Virus record (IMG/VR): IMGVR_UViG_3300032287_000955
Location: 7,676-71,675 of that record
Source: a virus
Reading direction: 5' to 3' (one strand)
Length of the DNA stretch: 64,000 bases
Each line of letters starts with the position of its first letter. Position 1 is the first letter of the stretch. The notes under the pieces were generated by a model, which made no database searches, was not told where the DNA came from, and saw only the letters and a program-made list of their open reading frames with translations. A program made the translations under genes and the position numbers. Below are positions 31,501 through 41,900 of this stretch, in pieces.

Positions 31501-34500
31501 TAAAGTCGTTGGAAACTATAGAATCATTACCACCAGCGTGTATTGATCCGTCAATTTTCTGTCCTGTTGCGCCAGTACCAAATGTGGTTACGTTTTGTAT
31601 GTAGGTAGATCTTGTGGTTACCCATGCTGTGGAATCATTTGGACCCCAACCTGGATCTAGAGAAACATACGCACCTGCTGCTGGACGCTGTGTACCAAAC
31701 TCGTTAGCTGGTAACATGCCTGATGGATATGTGCCGGCACCTGCGGTGTTACCGTCTGATGAACCATCAAGTCCTGTCATTGTGCAGTTTCTTAGACCGC
31801 AACCATCGCTGACATAGAAGTAATCTTCTAGTTTTGATCCGGTTAATGCACTTCTGTAATAACGAGCTGCTAACACAGACTTATAATTTCCTGTATATTT
31901 TAAATCGTAGACAATTGATTGGATATACCTACGTACATCGTTTTGGCAACGACTTGAATCATAGTAATATGTCACAGTCATTGAACCCGATGTTGTTGAT
32001 AAATCAACAGCAGTACCACCTAATGTAAGAGATACTTTAAACGATGTAGAAGTTAGTCCTGATGATAGGATATAATATGTAACACCTGTGCTGATCCCAC
32101 CAAATACAGTTCCTGTAAATCTTACGGCATCTCCGGCAACCATCCAAGTTTGTGTTCCACAGGTAAATGTATCAGTGGCTCCGCCGGTTGATGCTGTTAC
32201 TGTTGATTTGTAAGTGTCATTGATGTAGGCAGTAGCCTCAGCTGCAAAAAAATCTTGGTTTGACAATAGGTTTTGTGCGCCTGCTAGTATGTCTAGATCA
32301 GTTGTTGGGGTATTTGTACCCGAAACAATAGGTCTAGTACCAGTGTTTACATAGTTGATAATGTCGGTCCATAGATAATCTGCACCCACTGTTGCTCCGC
32401 TGGCAACAATAAATGTAGCTTCCTTAGATATAAAGTCTAAAATAGCCTGTTGTGCTGCGAGTTGAGTTGTAATAACTACGTTAGTTGAAGTTAATCCTCT
32501 GCGATATGATAGTCCGTTAAAGATTGACAAGTAGTTTGAACCAAACATTAGATCGTAACCTAGTGCATCTACAATATATCCAACATCACGTGAACATAGC
32601 GTTTCATCAAAGTTTAGTGTTGGATATGTGGCTTTGATGTATTGAACTGCATCGCTTTGTATTGTAGATTTAGCAGAGTTCAAATATGTACGTGCTGTCA
32701 CTAGAGCAGTTGCTACCCAAGCAGTGCTTGGTGCAACAGAAGTAATAGCTGTTAGATTGTTTACGTAGTTGTAGATTTCTAACACGCGAGCCTGTGCAAA
32801 TGCGCCGGCACCTGCGGATCCAGGCGTACCACTGACATCTTGTGCTGTAGTATTACCAGTTGAACGTGGATACCACGCTGTGCTGCCAGTGGCAATATCG
32901 TCAATAATTGTATAGATTCTGTTTATTACTGCTAACAGTGCTGTTTTTTGTGCGATAGGTTCAACTAATGTACCATTGCTGTAGTAAGAACGAGCAACAA
33001 TCTCTGTCATTAGAGTACAACCGCTGGTCTCACCGTAGGTTAAATCATAAACCAAAGCGTCAACAATGTAGCCCATGTCGCGTGTACATTTTGCTTTGTC
33101 GCCTGCACTCAGTGCTGTCCAAATACTGTTGTAGTTGGTATTCATGAATGCTGTGACTTCGTCTTGAATAAACGATTTATTAGCAAGAATTAGTCGACGA
33201 GCGTTTGAATAACCAGTGCCATATCCCGTTGGATCTGGGTATACGTAAGCGTTTGGTGTATTGTTTGTAACAATATCTTTGATTTCAGCGGCATTGGCTT
33301 GTACGCTAGTCACTGCTGTGGAACTACCAACACTGCCTGCTTTTTGCAAGCTGGTATATTGAGTAGCTGAGTTACCGGTTGTAGGTGTTACAGAAGTATT
33401 AGAAATAATATTTGCTGTGATAGACTGTAATCTCTGTAATGCTGCAACAGATTTAGCTTTATCATTGGTTGCAATAATTTTACCACGCGGGCTTAATCTT
33501 GTTCCACGCAATTCGTCACCAACAACAGCAGTCTTTGGAGGTACCTTTATCGGTAACACTTCATAGAACTGTCCTGTCTTAACGTTAATTGTATAACCTG
33601 CCGAATCAAGAATCGGTAACGAAGACTGTGATTGTGAGCTCAGTGCTGTAGAAATATATCCTACTAGTGTTGTACAAATTGTATTAGCGCCACTTTCAGC
33701 AGTGTAACCTAAGTTGATGATTTGTTTGATTCTGTTGCCTGCACTGATACCATTAAGTGTTTGATAGTTGCTTGCTGGTGCGGTATTAGCCAATACGCTG
33801 GTAATTAGCGTTGCTAGATAATCGATAGCTGCGGCATTTTGTGCATACTCGTCTTGGATTCCCGATACCAAAACACCAAGTGCTGTAAAGTATGAGTTTG
33901 CAGCGGCTAATGTTCTTTCATTACCAGTATGTGTTAGGTCATAGATAACAGCATCTACGATTAATCCCATGTCACGTTCGCACTTGGCAGTGTCGTCGTT
34001 GGTAAATCCAGACCATATCCCTGTACCTGAAGTGATTTGATATTTGGTCCATTCAGCAGCTTCGCGTTGAACGAATTCTCTATTCATGCGTAATAACCAA
34101 CCTGCTTGTGGATTTTCAGTTCCGTATAGGATCTGTTCAGTTGCATATCTCACACTAGCCCAAGGTTGATCTAGAGTTAGGCCATATGTTGGTGCTGGCG
34201 AGTCTGTACCGTGTGGTGCTACATAGTAGACTTTCTTAGTGCGGCCAAAGAAATCCCATGTTGGAACTCCGGAACCAACAGTAAGAACCTGTCCTTCAAC
34301 CCCTACAGGTAGTCGTGTTACACCGCTACCTCCGTAGTAGGCAATATCGCCGGTGGTTGTTAATACATCATTTTCATTACCAGCAGTTAGTTGATTCCAA
34401 TAAGTGCCAAGGGTATCGATATCTGGACGATTTCCTGATACAGGAGGTCCAGATAGATATGCCGATGTATGTGCTAGAATACAAATATAGGTTATCGGGC

Positions 34501-35887
34501 CATATTTGATTGTATCGCCTGCAACATAGGCAGTCGAAGTAACCCAAGTCCCTCTCCATTTAATGCCTTCGTTTAGTTTTTCCCAGTAGCCTGCGTTTGG
34601 TGGCTGTTGATTAGTGCTGTCTAGTGTAGATACATAAGTGTATCCACCGTTGCGAACGATTTCGCCAACTTTAAATAATGTTCCTGAATTCCAATCACCA
34701 GCAAGCCTAAAACCTGTGGCAAATAAATCCCAATCTGTGGTGTTAGAACTAGGCGGAGTTAATGCTGATGCATTGTGAGATGTTTTAGCAATATATGAGT
34801 TGCCGCCGTAGCGAACAATGTCACCGTTTTGATAAATTCCAGAACTGGTCCAATCGTTTTCAAATTCGATACCTTCTACATACTGCGCCCAGTAGGTCTG
34901 GTCAGCAGTCCAGCTCGAAGTACTAGTATTGTCTGTTTTACAAATCCATACGCCTGCACCTTGTTTAACAAGGTCGTTGGCTTTGTATCGAATAGTAGCA
35001 GTGTATGTAGCAGATGTTAATGTTCCGTTATTAACACTCAGTGTCCACGAAGTGCCAGTGCCTGCGGTAATATATGTATTGGCCGCAATACTGCCGCCTG
35101 TTAATAGTTGTCCGACTGCAGGGCTTCCGCCTGTGCTAGTTAATGTTGTTCCGCTGATTGAACCTGTAACTGTTGTAGGACCAATCCATTGTCCTTTGTA
35201 TTCAAAACCAATATTATAATAATCCCACTTGCCTTGATCTGCTTCAAGACCCAGTGTAACCGTAGCTGCAGAAGTGTGTCCTTGATTACAAACATAAGTA
35301 GTTCCACCATACTTGACAACGTCACCTACTTTATATCTTATAGCTGATAGCCAATTTGATTTCCAATCAAAGCCTTTTGAGAATATATCCCACTTGCTTT
35401 GATCTACTTCAAGTCCTAGTGCATCAGTTGCTGCGGCAGTATGTGGTGTGTTACAGATATATGTATATCCGCCATATTTAACAATGTCATTTATTTTGTA
35501 TACTGTTCCAGCTACCCAATCCGATGTCCAATCAAAAGATTCTGCGAATAAATCCCATGAGCTTTGATTTAATTCAAGAGTTGCCTGCGAAGTGTGGCCA
35601 TTGTTGGCAATATAAACATATCCGCCATACTTAACGATGTCGTTTTCTTTGTATAATGTTCCAGGACCAGTCCAGTCGCCTTTCCATACTTGTCCGTCTG
35701 AAAATTGATTCCATTTAGATGGAATATTTTCAAGATCGGTATAGAAATCTGCTGCGGCAGTGTGTCCTGCTACACATAGATATGTGCGTCCACCGTAGGC
35801 AACGATGTCGTCTTTATAGTATGTTGTACCGGTAACCCAGTTGTTTTTCCATACAAATCTAATTCTACCTAGTTTAAACTCTGCCAT
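28577..35887 (-). CDS. Giant multidomain fibre/appendage protein (2436 aa)
   Basis: N-terminal tandem CBM5/12-like repeats (W...T.Y..NDIVKYGG..Y.C...HT); CxRD helical repeats; beta-helix-like NDFTQ..ELVSVF; propeller repeats; C-terminal SQVRLTGHDFLDIG. Confidence 0.8.
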   Translation of the reverse strand: MAEFKLGRIRFVWKNNWVTGTTYYKDDIVAYGGRTYLCVAGHTAAADFYTDLENIPSKWNQFSDGQVWKGDWTGPGTLYKENDIVKYGGYVYIANNGHTSQATLELNQSSWDLFAESFDWTSDWVAGTVYKINDIVKYGGYTYICNTPHTAAATDALGLEVDQSKWDIFSKGFDWKSNWLSAIRYKVGDVVKYGGTTYVCNQGHTSAATVTLGLEADQGKWDYYNIGFEYKGQWIGPTTVTGSISGTTLTSTGGSPAVGQLLTGGSIAANTYITAGTGTSWTLSVNNGTLTSATYTATIRYKANDLVKQGAGVWICKTDNTSTSSWTADQTYWAQYVEGIEFENDWTSSGIYQNGDIVRYGGNSYIAKTSHNASALTPPSSNTTDWDLFATGFRLAGDWNSGTLFKVGEIVRNGGYTYVSTLDSTNQQPPNAGYWEKLNEGIKWRGTWVTSTAYVAGDTIKYGPITYICILAHTSAYLSGPPVSGNRPDIDTLGTYWNQLTAGNENDVLTTTGDIAYYGGSGVTRLPVGVEGQVLTVGSGVPTWDFFGRTKKVYYVAPHGTDSPAPTYGLTLDQPWASVRYATEQILYGTENPQAGWLLRMNREFVQREAAEWTKYQITSGTGIWSGFTNDDTAKCERDMGLIVDAVIYDLTHTGNERTLAAANSYFTALGVLVSGIQDEYAQNAAAIDYLATLITSVLANTAPASNYQTLNGISAGNRIKQIINLGYTAESGANTICTTLVGYISTALSSQSQSSLPILDSAGYTINVKTGQFYEVLPIKVPPKTAVVGDELRGTRLSPRGKIIATNDKAKSVAALQRLQSITANIISNTSVTPTTGNSATQYTSLQKAGSVGSSTAVTSVQANAAEIKDIVTNNTPNAYVYPDPTGYGTGYSNARRLILANKSFIQDEVTAFMNTNYNSIWTALSAGDKAKCTRDMGYIVDALVYDLTYGETSGCTLMTEIVARSYYSNGTLVEPIAQKTALLAVINRIYTIIDDIATGSTAWYPRSTGNTTAQDVSGTPGSAGAGAFAQARVLEIYNYVNNLTAITSVAPSTAWVATALVTARTYLNSAKSTIQSDAVQYIKATYPTLNFDETLCSRDVGYIVDALGYDLMFGSNYLSIFNGLSYRRGLTSTNVVITTQLAAQQAILDFISKEATFIVASGATVGADYLWTDIINYVNTGTRPIVSGTNTPTTDLDILAGAQNLLSNQDFFAAEATAYINDTYKSTVTASTGGATDTFTCGTQTWMVAGDAVRFTGTVFGGISTGVTYYILSSGLTSTSFKVSLTLGGTAVDLSTTSGSMTVTYYYDSSRCQNDVRRYIQSIVYDLKYTGNYKSVLAARYYRSALTGSKLEDYFYVSDGCGLRNCTMTGLDGSSDGNTAGAGTYPSGMLPANEFGTQRPAAGAYVSLDPGWGPNDSTAWVTTRSTYIQNVTTFGTGATGQKIDGSIHAGGNDSIVSNDFTQVISAGIGAWVTNLGRAELVSVFSYYSHIGYLAENGGKIRATNGNNSYGDYGSVAEGIDIKETPIYGYTNNRGTEADVRNTITDGVNNILVYEYGNAGTAYTSATFSISGAGASAAAVASEFRDAAVFQVRLTDPGDSTGSGGAGYITQTNVAQTGNTTSITLAVSDISASAAYVGMLLTVISGTGAGQYGYIQAYNSATKVATIYKDTDGTAGWEHITPGVAIVSALDTTTQYQITPRLTFTAPPYSATARTLPSSVAWRSVAYGNGVGSYTGLSATGSVSGSLGTFNVTRVQGTYTVSINIPGIFYAAGETLTILGTAVGGTTPANDVTITVLGVNTGSGGINRISASGTAVTPKFVAIADGSTSAATSLDGTSWATLTMPGTALTYREITYGTFSGIGYYMAVASGTATSYYSTNGLNWTAATMPASTTWQDVSYGNSRFIAITTGSNATAISTTGTTWISGGNLPSSTTWTSIAYGKGVWVAVASGGTAAASSTDNGASWSAATLPSSGTWTSVSYGNNMFIAARSGSTAYAYSTNGTTWTAGTLPGSQTNPTVIYGQGVWLITSDASTTAYSSDTGLIWTTRTLSTGANPKFGTFGNPNFVGSFVTVASGTSTVASQIKAGATTRARAYIASNRLTEIWIREPGSGYTSGSPTMTITDPNNTGADATYSARVGNGAIAQPMWTNRGTGYSAATGTITGDGYADNYQLGTFVGFQNLTGIPKAGSNVQIAGIDDIWYRLVNVTGLLPNADGTYSATLQVSPPIGVAESPEHNTLSTIRLRYSQVRLTGHDFLDIGTGNIINTNYPGLPLSDPIPANETVQNNGGRVFYTSTDQDGNFRVGGLFNVEQATGIATLNADAFNIAGLNELSLGSVALGGSGATISEFSTDPFFTQDSDSVIPTQRAIKAYITAQIGGGQSSLSVNTLTAGIIYVAGNIITTTTLAQININTKVNFKGGIVGDALVLNYFLLN

Positions 35888-35936
35888 TTATAGCTCCGTT
35901 TTTTCGCATATTTTATATTTACCTTGTGTTAGAACA

Positions 35937-38900
35937 TCACGACATTGACATAAACACCGTCTGTGCAAGATAAGTTCCGTCCACACCCCTCTTAAAATTA
36001 ACTCTAACAGGGAATTTTAATTCACTACCGTCTGTTGTACCAAGTCCTGTTGGACCTATTTGTACTAAACCTGCTGTTACAGAACTTGTTATAGCATCTG
36101 CACCACCGCCCGATACACGTCTACCTATATAGGCTTTAATAGCTTTCTGCGTAGGTACGATGTTGTTAGAATCAGCAGTAAATGTATTATCAGTTGAGAA
36201 TTCACGGATAACAACTCCTGATCCACCAACAGTAACTCCACCTAATCGCAATTCTTCTAGTCCTTGTAATTCAAAGAACTGTGCGTTTAAAGTAACTGTG
36301 CCTGTGGCCTGTTCAACAGCAAATAATTCGCCAACTCGGAAGTTACCGTCCTGGTCAGTACTTGTATAGAACACACGTCCGCCGCCCTTTTCTTGAATTT
36401 CGTCTTCTGGTGCTAACACAGTTCCGTTTGGAAATAGAGTGTTTGGATAATTAGATGCCACTGTACCACCTAATCCAATATCTAAGAAATCATGTCCTGT
36501 TAATCGAACCTGGCTATAGGCCTGTCTAATTTCAATACCGATTCCGTGTTCTGGTGTTTCTTCTCTTCCTAAATCTTTGGCAATGTTTAATTGCAGAGTG
36601 TAACTACCAACTGAACCAGCTAGTAACACATATGACAATACTTTGTAGGTGTAATCATTAATCCCAGCGATTGATAAGTTGTCGCCAGGTCCGGGCAATC
36701 TAGTTACTGCATCGCAGACTAAGAAACTACCTAATTGATACTGATCTTTATAGCCGTTTCCAGTTATAGTTGCTCTGGTATTAGTGGTTTGATAACCTAT
36801 ACCGGAATTTGTGATAGTTGGATTTGCTATCACTCCGTTGCCAATTCGAACTGAAGTAGAAACTTCCGAACTGTTGTTTGGATCAGTGATAGTCATCACA
36901 GGAGCCGACGTGTATCCGCTGCCTGGTTCCCAAATTTTAAATTCTGAAATTCTACCAGCTACCACAGTTGCTCTTGCTTGTGCTGTTGCACCTGTACTGA
37001 TTATTGCAGCAGTAGTTGTTGTTGATACTCTACCTGCGATAGCAATAAATTTTCCTGGCTTAGAGATATTTGCAAAAGAAACTGCGCACCAAGGAGCAGT
37101 GCCGATGGCTTGCAAACTCCAGCTGATTCCGTCATTTGAATATGCTGCGTTCGATGATCCATTAGCCACTGCGATCCACAACCCCTGACCGTAGCCCACA
37201 GCTTGCCAATTAGCTGATGAGATCGCTCCATAGGTCCATGTAGAACCATCGGTGGTAATTGCACTAACAGTAGATCCTGCGCCAGCTTGTAGAGCAACAA
37301 ATCTATTTTCACCGTAGGCAATATTTGCCAGTCCAACAGTGGTAAATCCGCCTGTCCACGAAGTTCCATTGGTGCTAGTTGAGAATGAGCCTGTTGAAGA
37401 AACTGCAACAAATCGTCCCTTACCATAAGCAACTCCGGTCCAATCGTCAGCATTATCTAAAATTGTTGTGCTGTTGTTAGTGCCATCAAAATGCAATAAC
37501 AACACAGTTCCAGTAGTCCACGCAAATGCTGAAGTTGCTGGTGTGAATGTTGTTGTATATCGTGCAACACCCTTAGATACTCTAACTTCGTCAACGTATC
37601 CATTGAAATATGTTGCTCCACCAAAGTAAGAACCAATAGTTATTGGTCTAGTTGGATAGGTGTTTGCATCTGTAAATGTTGTCGACTGTAATACTCCGCC
37701 GATATACATTGTTGTAATACCCGAAGTTCTTGATATGGCAATATGTGTCCAAGCTGCTGCCGAAATTGTAGTATTAGAACTGAGTACATACGATCCGTTA
37801 ACATATAGTCTAACAACTCCGCTGGAGTTTAGATCCACCATCACAGCAACTTCTGTGGCTGCGGTTCTTTGATCAAATAGAGCTTGTGTTCCAGATAGTG
37901 CGTTTGGATAGAACCATCCCTCGATGGTAAAGTCTCCTGTGCCATAATTAAAATCAGCATTTGAACCCACGACTAGGTAATCGTTGGTTCCGTCAAGTGC
38001 AAGACTAGTAGTTCCAAATTTTGCAGATATCGCTGTGGATAATTTTGCATTATCATTTAGGGTAAATGTATGTCCGCCTAAGATAGTAGCAGTTGTCCAT
38101 GTTGTAGCATCTGTAGATGTTGCTACATAGTTTTCACCAGATGCTGTTATAACATAAGTTGTGCCGTTATAGGCAATGTCAGTCCATGGTGCCGAGGTAG
38201 ACATAGTCATTGCTGACCACGAAATACCATCTGAAGATTTTGCTGCAACTCCGCTAGTAGCAACAGCTATGAATATGTTTCCAACATATTCTATCTTGGT
38301 CCACGCTGTGCTAGCTGGCATTGTAGAAGTGCTCCAATTAGTTCCGTCGGAAGTATAAGCAACTACGTTAGTGCCTGTGGCAATAGTTACCCAACGTAAC
38401 CCGCTTGACGCTATGCTGGTCCATGTTAGATTATTTGGTAATGTACCGGATGTTGATGTAAATCCGGGACTAGTGAATGTTATTCTAGGTTCAATAGTAT
38501 AGACTGATGTTGTATCTAGCAACGATACTGGTGCTGTTCCTTCGTTAAAATGTTCCCAACCCACACAGTGTAGAGTCATTGGCGTAGCACCAGGAGCTAC
38601 GCTAGGAGTACCGTTGAGCAGTCCAAACACTATTCCACCCGGAGATATGCTAATTTGGAATGAAGTAGAACTAACTACTGATTTGACATAATAGATATAG
38701 TTATCTTGTATGTTACCAAATTTTGTTCCGGTGAATATAATTCTATCATTTTCTCTAAGATGTGCTGTAGAAGATATAGTCAACACATTGCCAGAAGAAA
38801 ATGTCTGTGATACATTATACTGTGGTTTAGATTCCTGTCCAACAATCACAGTAAGTGTAGATACAACATACTCTGCAATGTACCCGTATTGTCCAACTCC

Positions 38901-41900
38901 GGTACCCTCAGTAATCATAATTCGCATACCTCTGTACTGTGCAGGAGTATTTTCATCACTGCCTGCAAGAATTACAGAATAGTTGTCTATACTAGCCTGT
39001 GACTTATTGGTATTGAAAAGATAAGAACTACCTCCTTCCGAGCTCGAGTCACCTCGATTAACGATTCGAACTTCATAGACAGCGCCGTCACGGAATTCGT
39101 CCATGATTAAGGCTGCATTACCACCAGAGCCGCTTACAGAAAATGCTCCTGTGGAATAGTTAACTCCTGCATTAGAGAAAAATACTTTTAAGATATTTCC
39201 TGAAGGATTACATAATAGTTGACTTACATCAGCTTCGTAATATCTGTTATTAACTGTACCAACGATTGGATTTTCTGTAGAATTAACACCTTCTGAAACT
39301 GCACCAAACGTACCATAAGAACAGTTACCGTTGGTTCCGCGAATTCTTCCGCCACTTGTACACAAATAACCTATATAACAATAATAAACGAATACTGAAA
39401 CAAGTTCTGATCTTCCGGTTCCGTTACACCACATACCGATACCGTCACTGATAATTTGTGTAAAATCGTTGGCAACAATAGTTTGATTTCCGCCACCGTG
39501 TAAGTCGCCGTCGACTTTCATGCCGATGCAGCCGTCACCGAATGTGGAAACGTTTTGCACATATGGAGAACGTGTGCCTACCCAAGCAGAAGTGTCACTT
39601 GGTCCCCAACCTGGATCTAAGCTGGCAAATGCTCCTGCATTAGGACGTCGTGTGCCATAAGAGTTAACAGCACCCAATGTTCCACTTAATCCAATCAGTG
39701 ACATATTTCTTAAACCTGTTCCGTCTCTTAACAAGAACATGTTAGATCGCTTGTTTACTGCTGGTAGATTTCCGTAGACAAAGTAGTCAGCGGCACCTAT
39801 TGTTTTCCAGTTACCTGCACGATACATGTCGTAGACTATAGCATCAATGCCTCGATCCAAGTCAACACTCCAATTCGCTGGGAGGTCTGTCACTGTGGAA
39901 TCAGTAAAGACATTTTCTACATAAAGCGTAACTTCATTCTTTAAGAATGTTTTGTTGTTGAGTATCTGTTGTCTAGCGTTCAGCATATTAGTGCTGAGTG
40001 TAATGGTATTAGATCCTGAAATCGCAATGTTGCCGCCACCGCTGGTGATTCTAGTTATAAATGTTTCAAACAGTCCTTCAGCAACAGTTACTTCGGCAGT
40101 GGTTCCGGGTGCTCCTGAAAAATCCTGTGCAATTTCTCCGTAGAGCGTGGTTCCAAAAGCAATATTTAAAGGATCAGTAGTACCGATAGGTTCTTCTCTG
40201 ACGATGTGCCTAATGAGATCTTTTAGATAGGAAAAACCGCCAACTAATAGATTTAAGTAGGTAGTAGTAAATACCAGTCCGGCAGGTTTAATTACAGTAC
40301 TTCTTAGCTCATCCCCTACCACTGCCACAAATGCGGGCACACGCAACGGAAGAATTTCTTCAAACACTCCGGTTCTCACAAATACTGTTGCATATCCTGT
40401 GACATTGTCAAGAGCATATCTCAAGGTTCTCCAAGGTTTCTGAGGAGTGATACCATATGCTGGATCATCAACTCCAGTCAAACTCACATAGTATACCTTA
40501 TCTGTGGTCCATAAATTTTTCCATTGTACTTCGCCATATGAGTCTATTCCTAAAACCTGTCCTGATGTACCAACAGTAACACGTTTAGTATCAAGAGTAC
40601 TGCTTGATGTTGATCCAAATGTTTTTATATCGCCTAGTTGTTTTAGTCGAGCATAGCTATTACCAACAACAATGGGAGTCCATGTAAAACCATTAGCGTC
40701 ATCGTCGGGTCTGTTCAGTACTGTGGCTTCGTGTGCATCGATGCATCTATATGATGTTTCGCCCCATGAAACTACGTCACCTGTAGAGTAAGCATTACCT
40801 AATGTCCATACGCCTTTCCAGTCAATACCAGAAATCATTAGGTCCCAATATGCAGAATTAGTTGAGCTACCGTCATTGGGTAAATCGGGATCTTGCGATG
40901 TATTGTCCAACAATGCTAGGTATACATTGCCGCCTTTTCTAACAACGTCACCGATTTTATATGGTCTTAGGCTGTTCCATGTTCCGCGAATGTTGCTGCT
41001 TTGAAATAATAGTGTCCAGAGAATTGTACTAGTTGACGGATTTGCGTTAACGTGTCCTGTATTTGCTACAAATACATTACCACCATAGAATACAATATCA
41101 CCTTTCTGATAAGCAGTGGTAGGAGACCAGTCAGCGTCAAATTCTTCGCCGGGACAGAAAATATCCCACTTAGTTGTGTCAAATGTCAGTCCAGCAGTAT
41201 GAAAAGTGTTACAGATCCAAACATATGAACCATATTTTACAACATCGTTGACTTTGTAAATCGTTGATACATTTGTTGTTATATTATTGCTAGTAACTGG
41301 CGTGGATGAAACCCAAGTATCTCGATATTGAGTACTGTTATGTAGTATTTCCCATTTTGTTAGAGTGCTATCACCAAGATCTAGATCCGCTGCTAAACCT
41401 GCCGAATCTGTAAGTGCTGATTTATGTGCAGCCACACAACGATATACAATGCCGCCATCTCGGACAATATCGTTAACAATATATTTTGTATTTTTTTCCC
41501 AATCGCCTTTCCAGTCATCAGCAATATTAACAATATCCCAAGAAATAATATTTGCTTCAAGCCCTGCATCGAAAGAGCTAGACGATTTGTGAGATTGATT
41601 ACATCTGTATGTTCTGCCGCCGGCACGAACAACGTCATTAACTGTGTAATAAGTATCTGGTTGCCAATCAATTCTCCAGTTCTTGGAAGTTATATGTACG
41701 GTCCAGTATTGATTTAAATTAATATCGTTATTGAAAAATCCCACAACGCCTGTTGGATCTACAGCATTAACGATAAGGCCCTGATCTGGATCAAAAGGAT
41801 CTACAACATATATGCTATTTGAAGTATGTCCTTCGACGCAGATATAAACGGTTCCAAATTGTTTTACTATGTCTCCTACTGTGTAGTAGGTATCTGGTTG

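Noticed and set aside
28900-36520. Diversity-generating retroelement TR/VR pair suggested by similar DNA near the two giant genes' 3' ends
   Set aside because: Both copies are coding, differences look mostly synonymous rather than adenine-specific, and no reverse transcriptase is in the window
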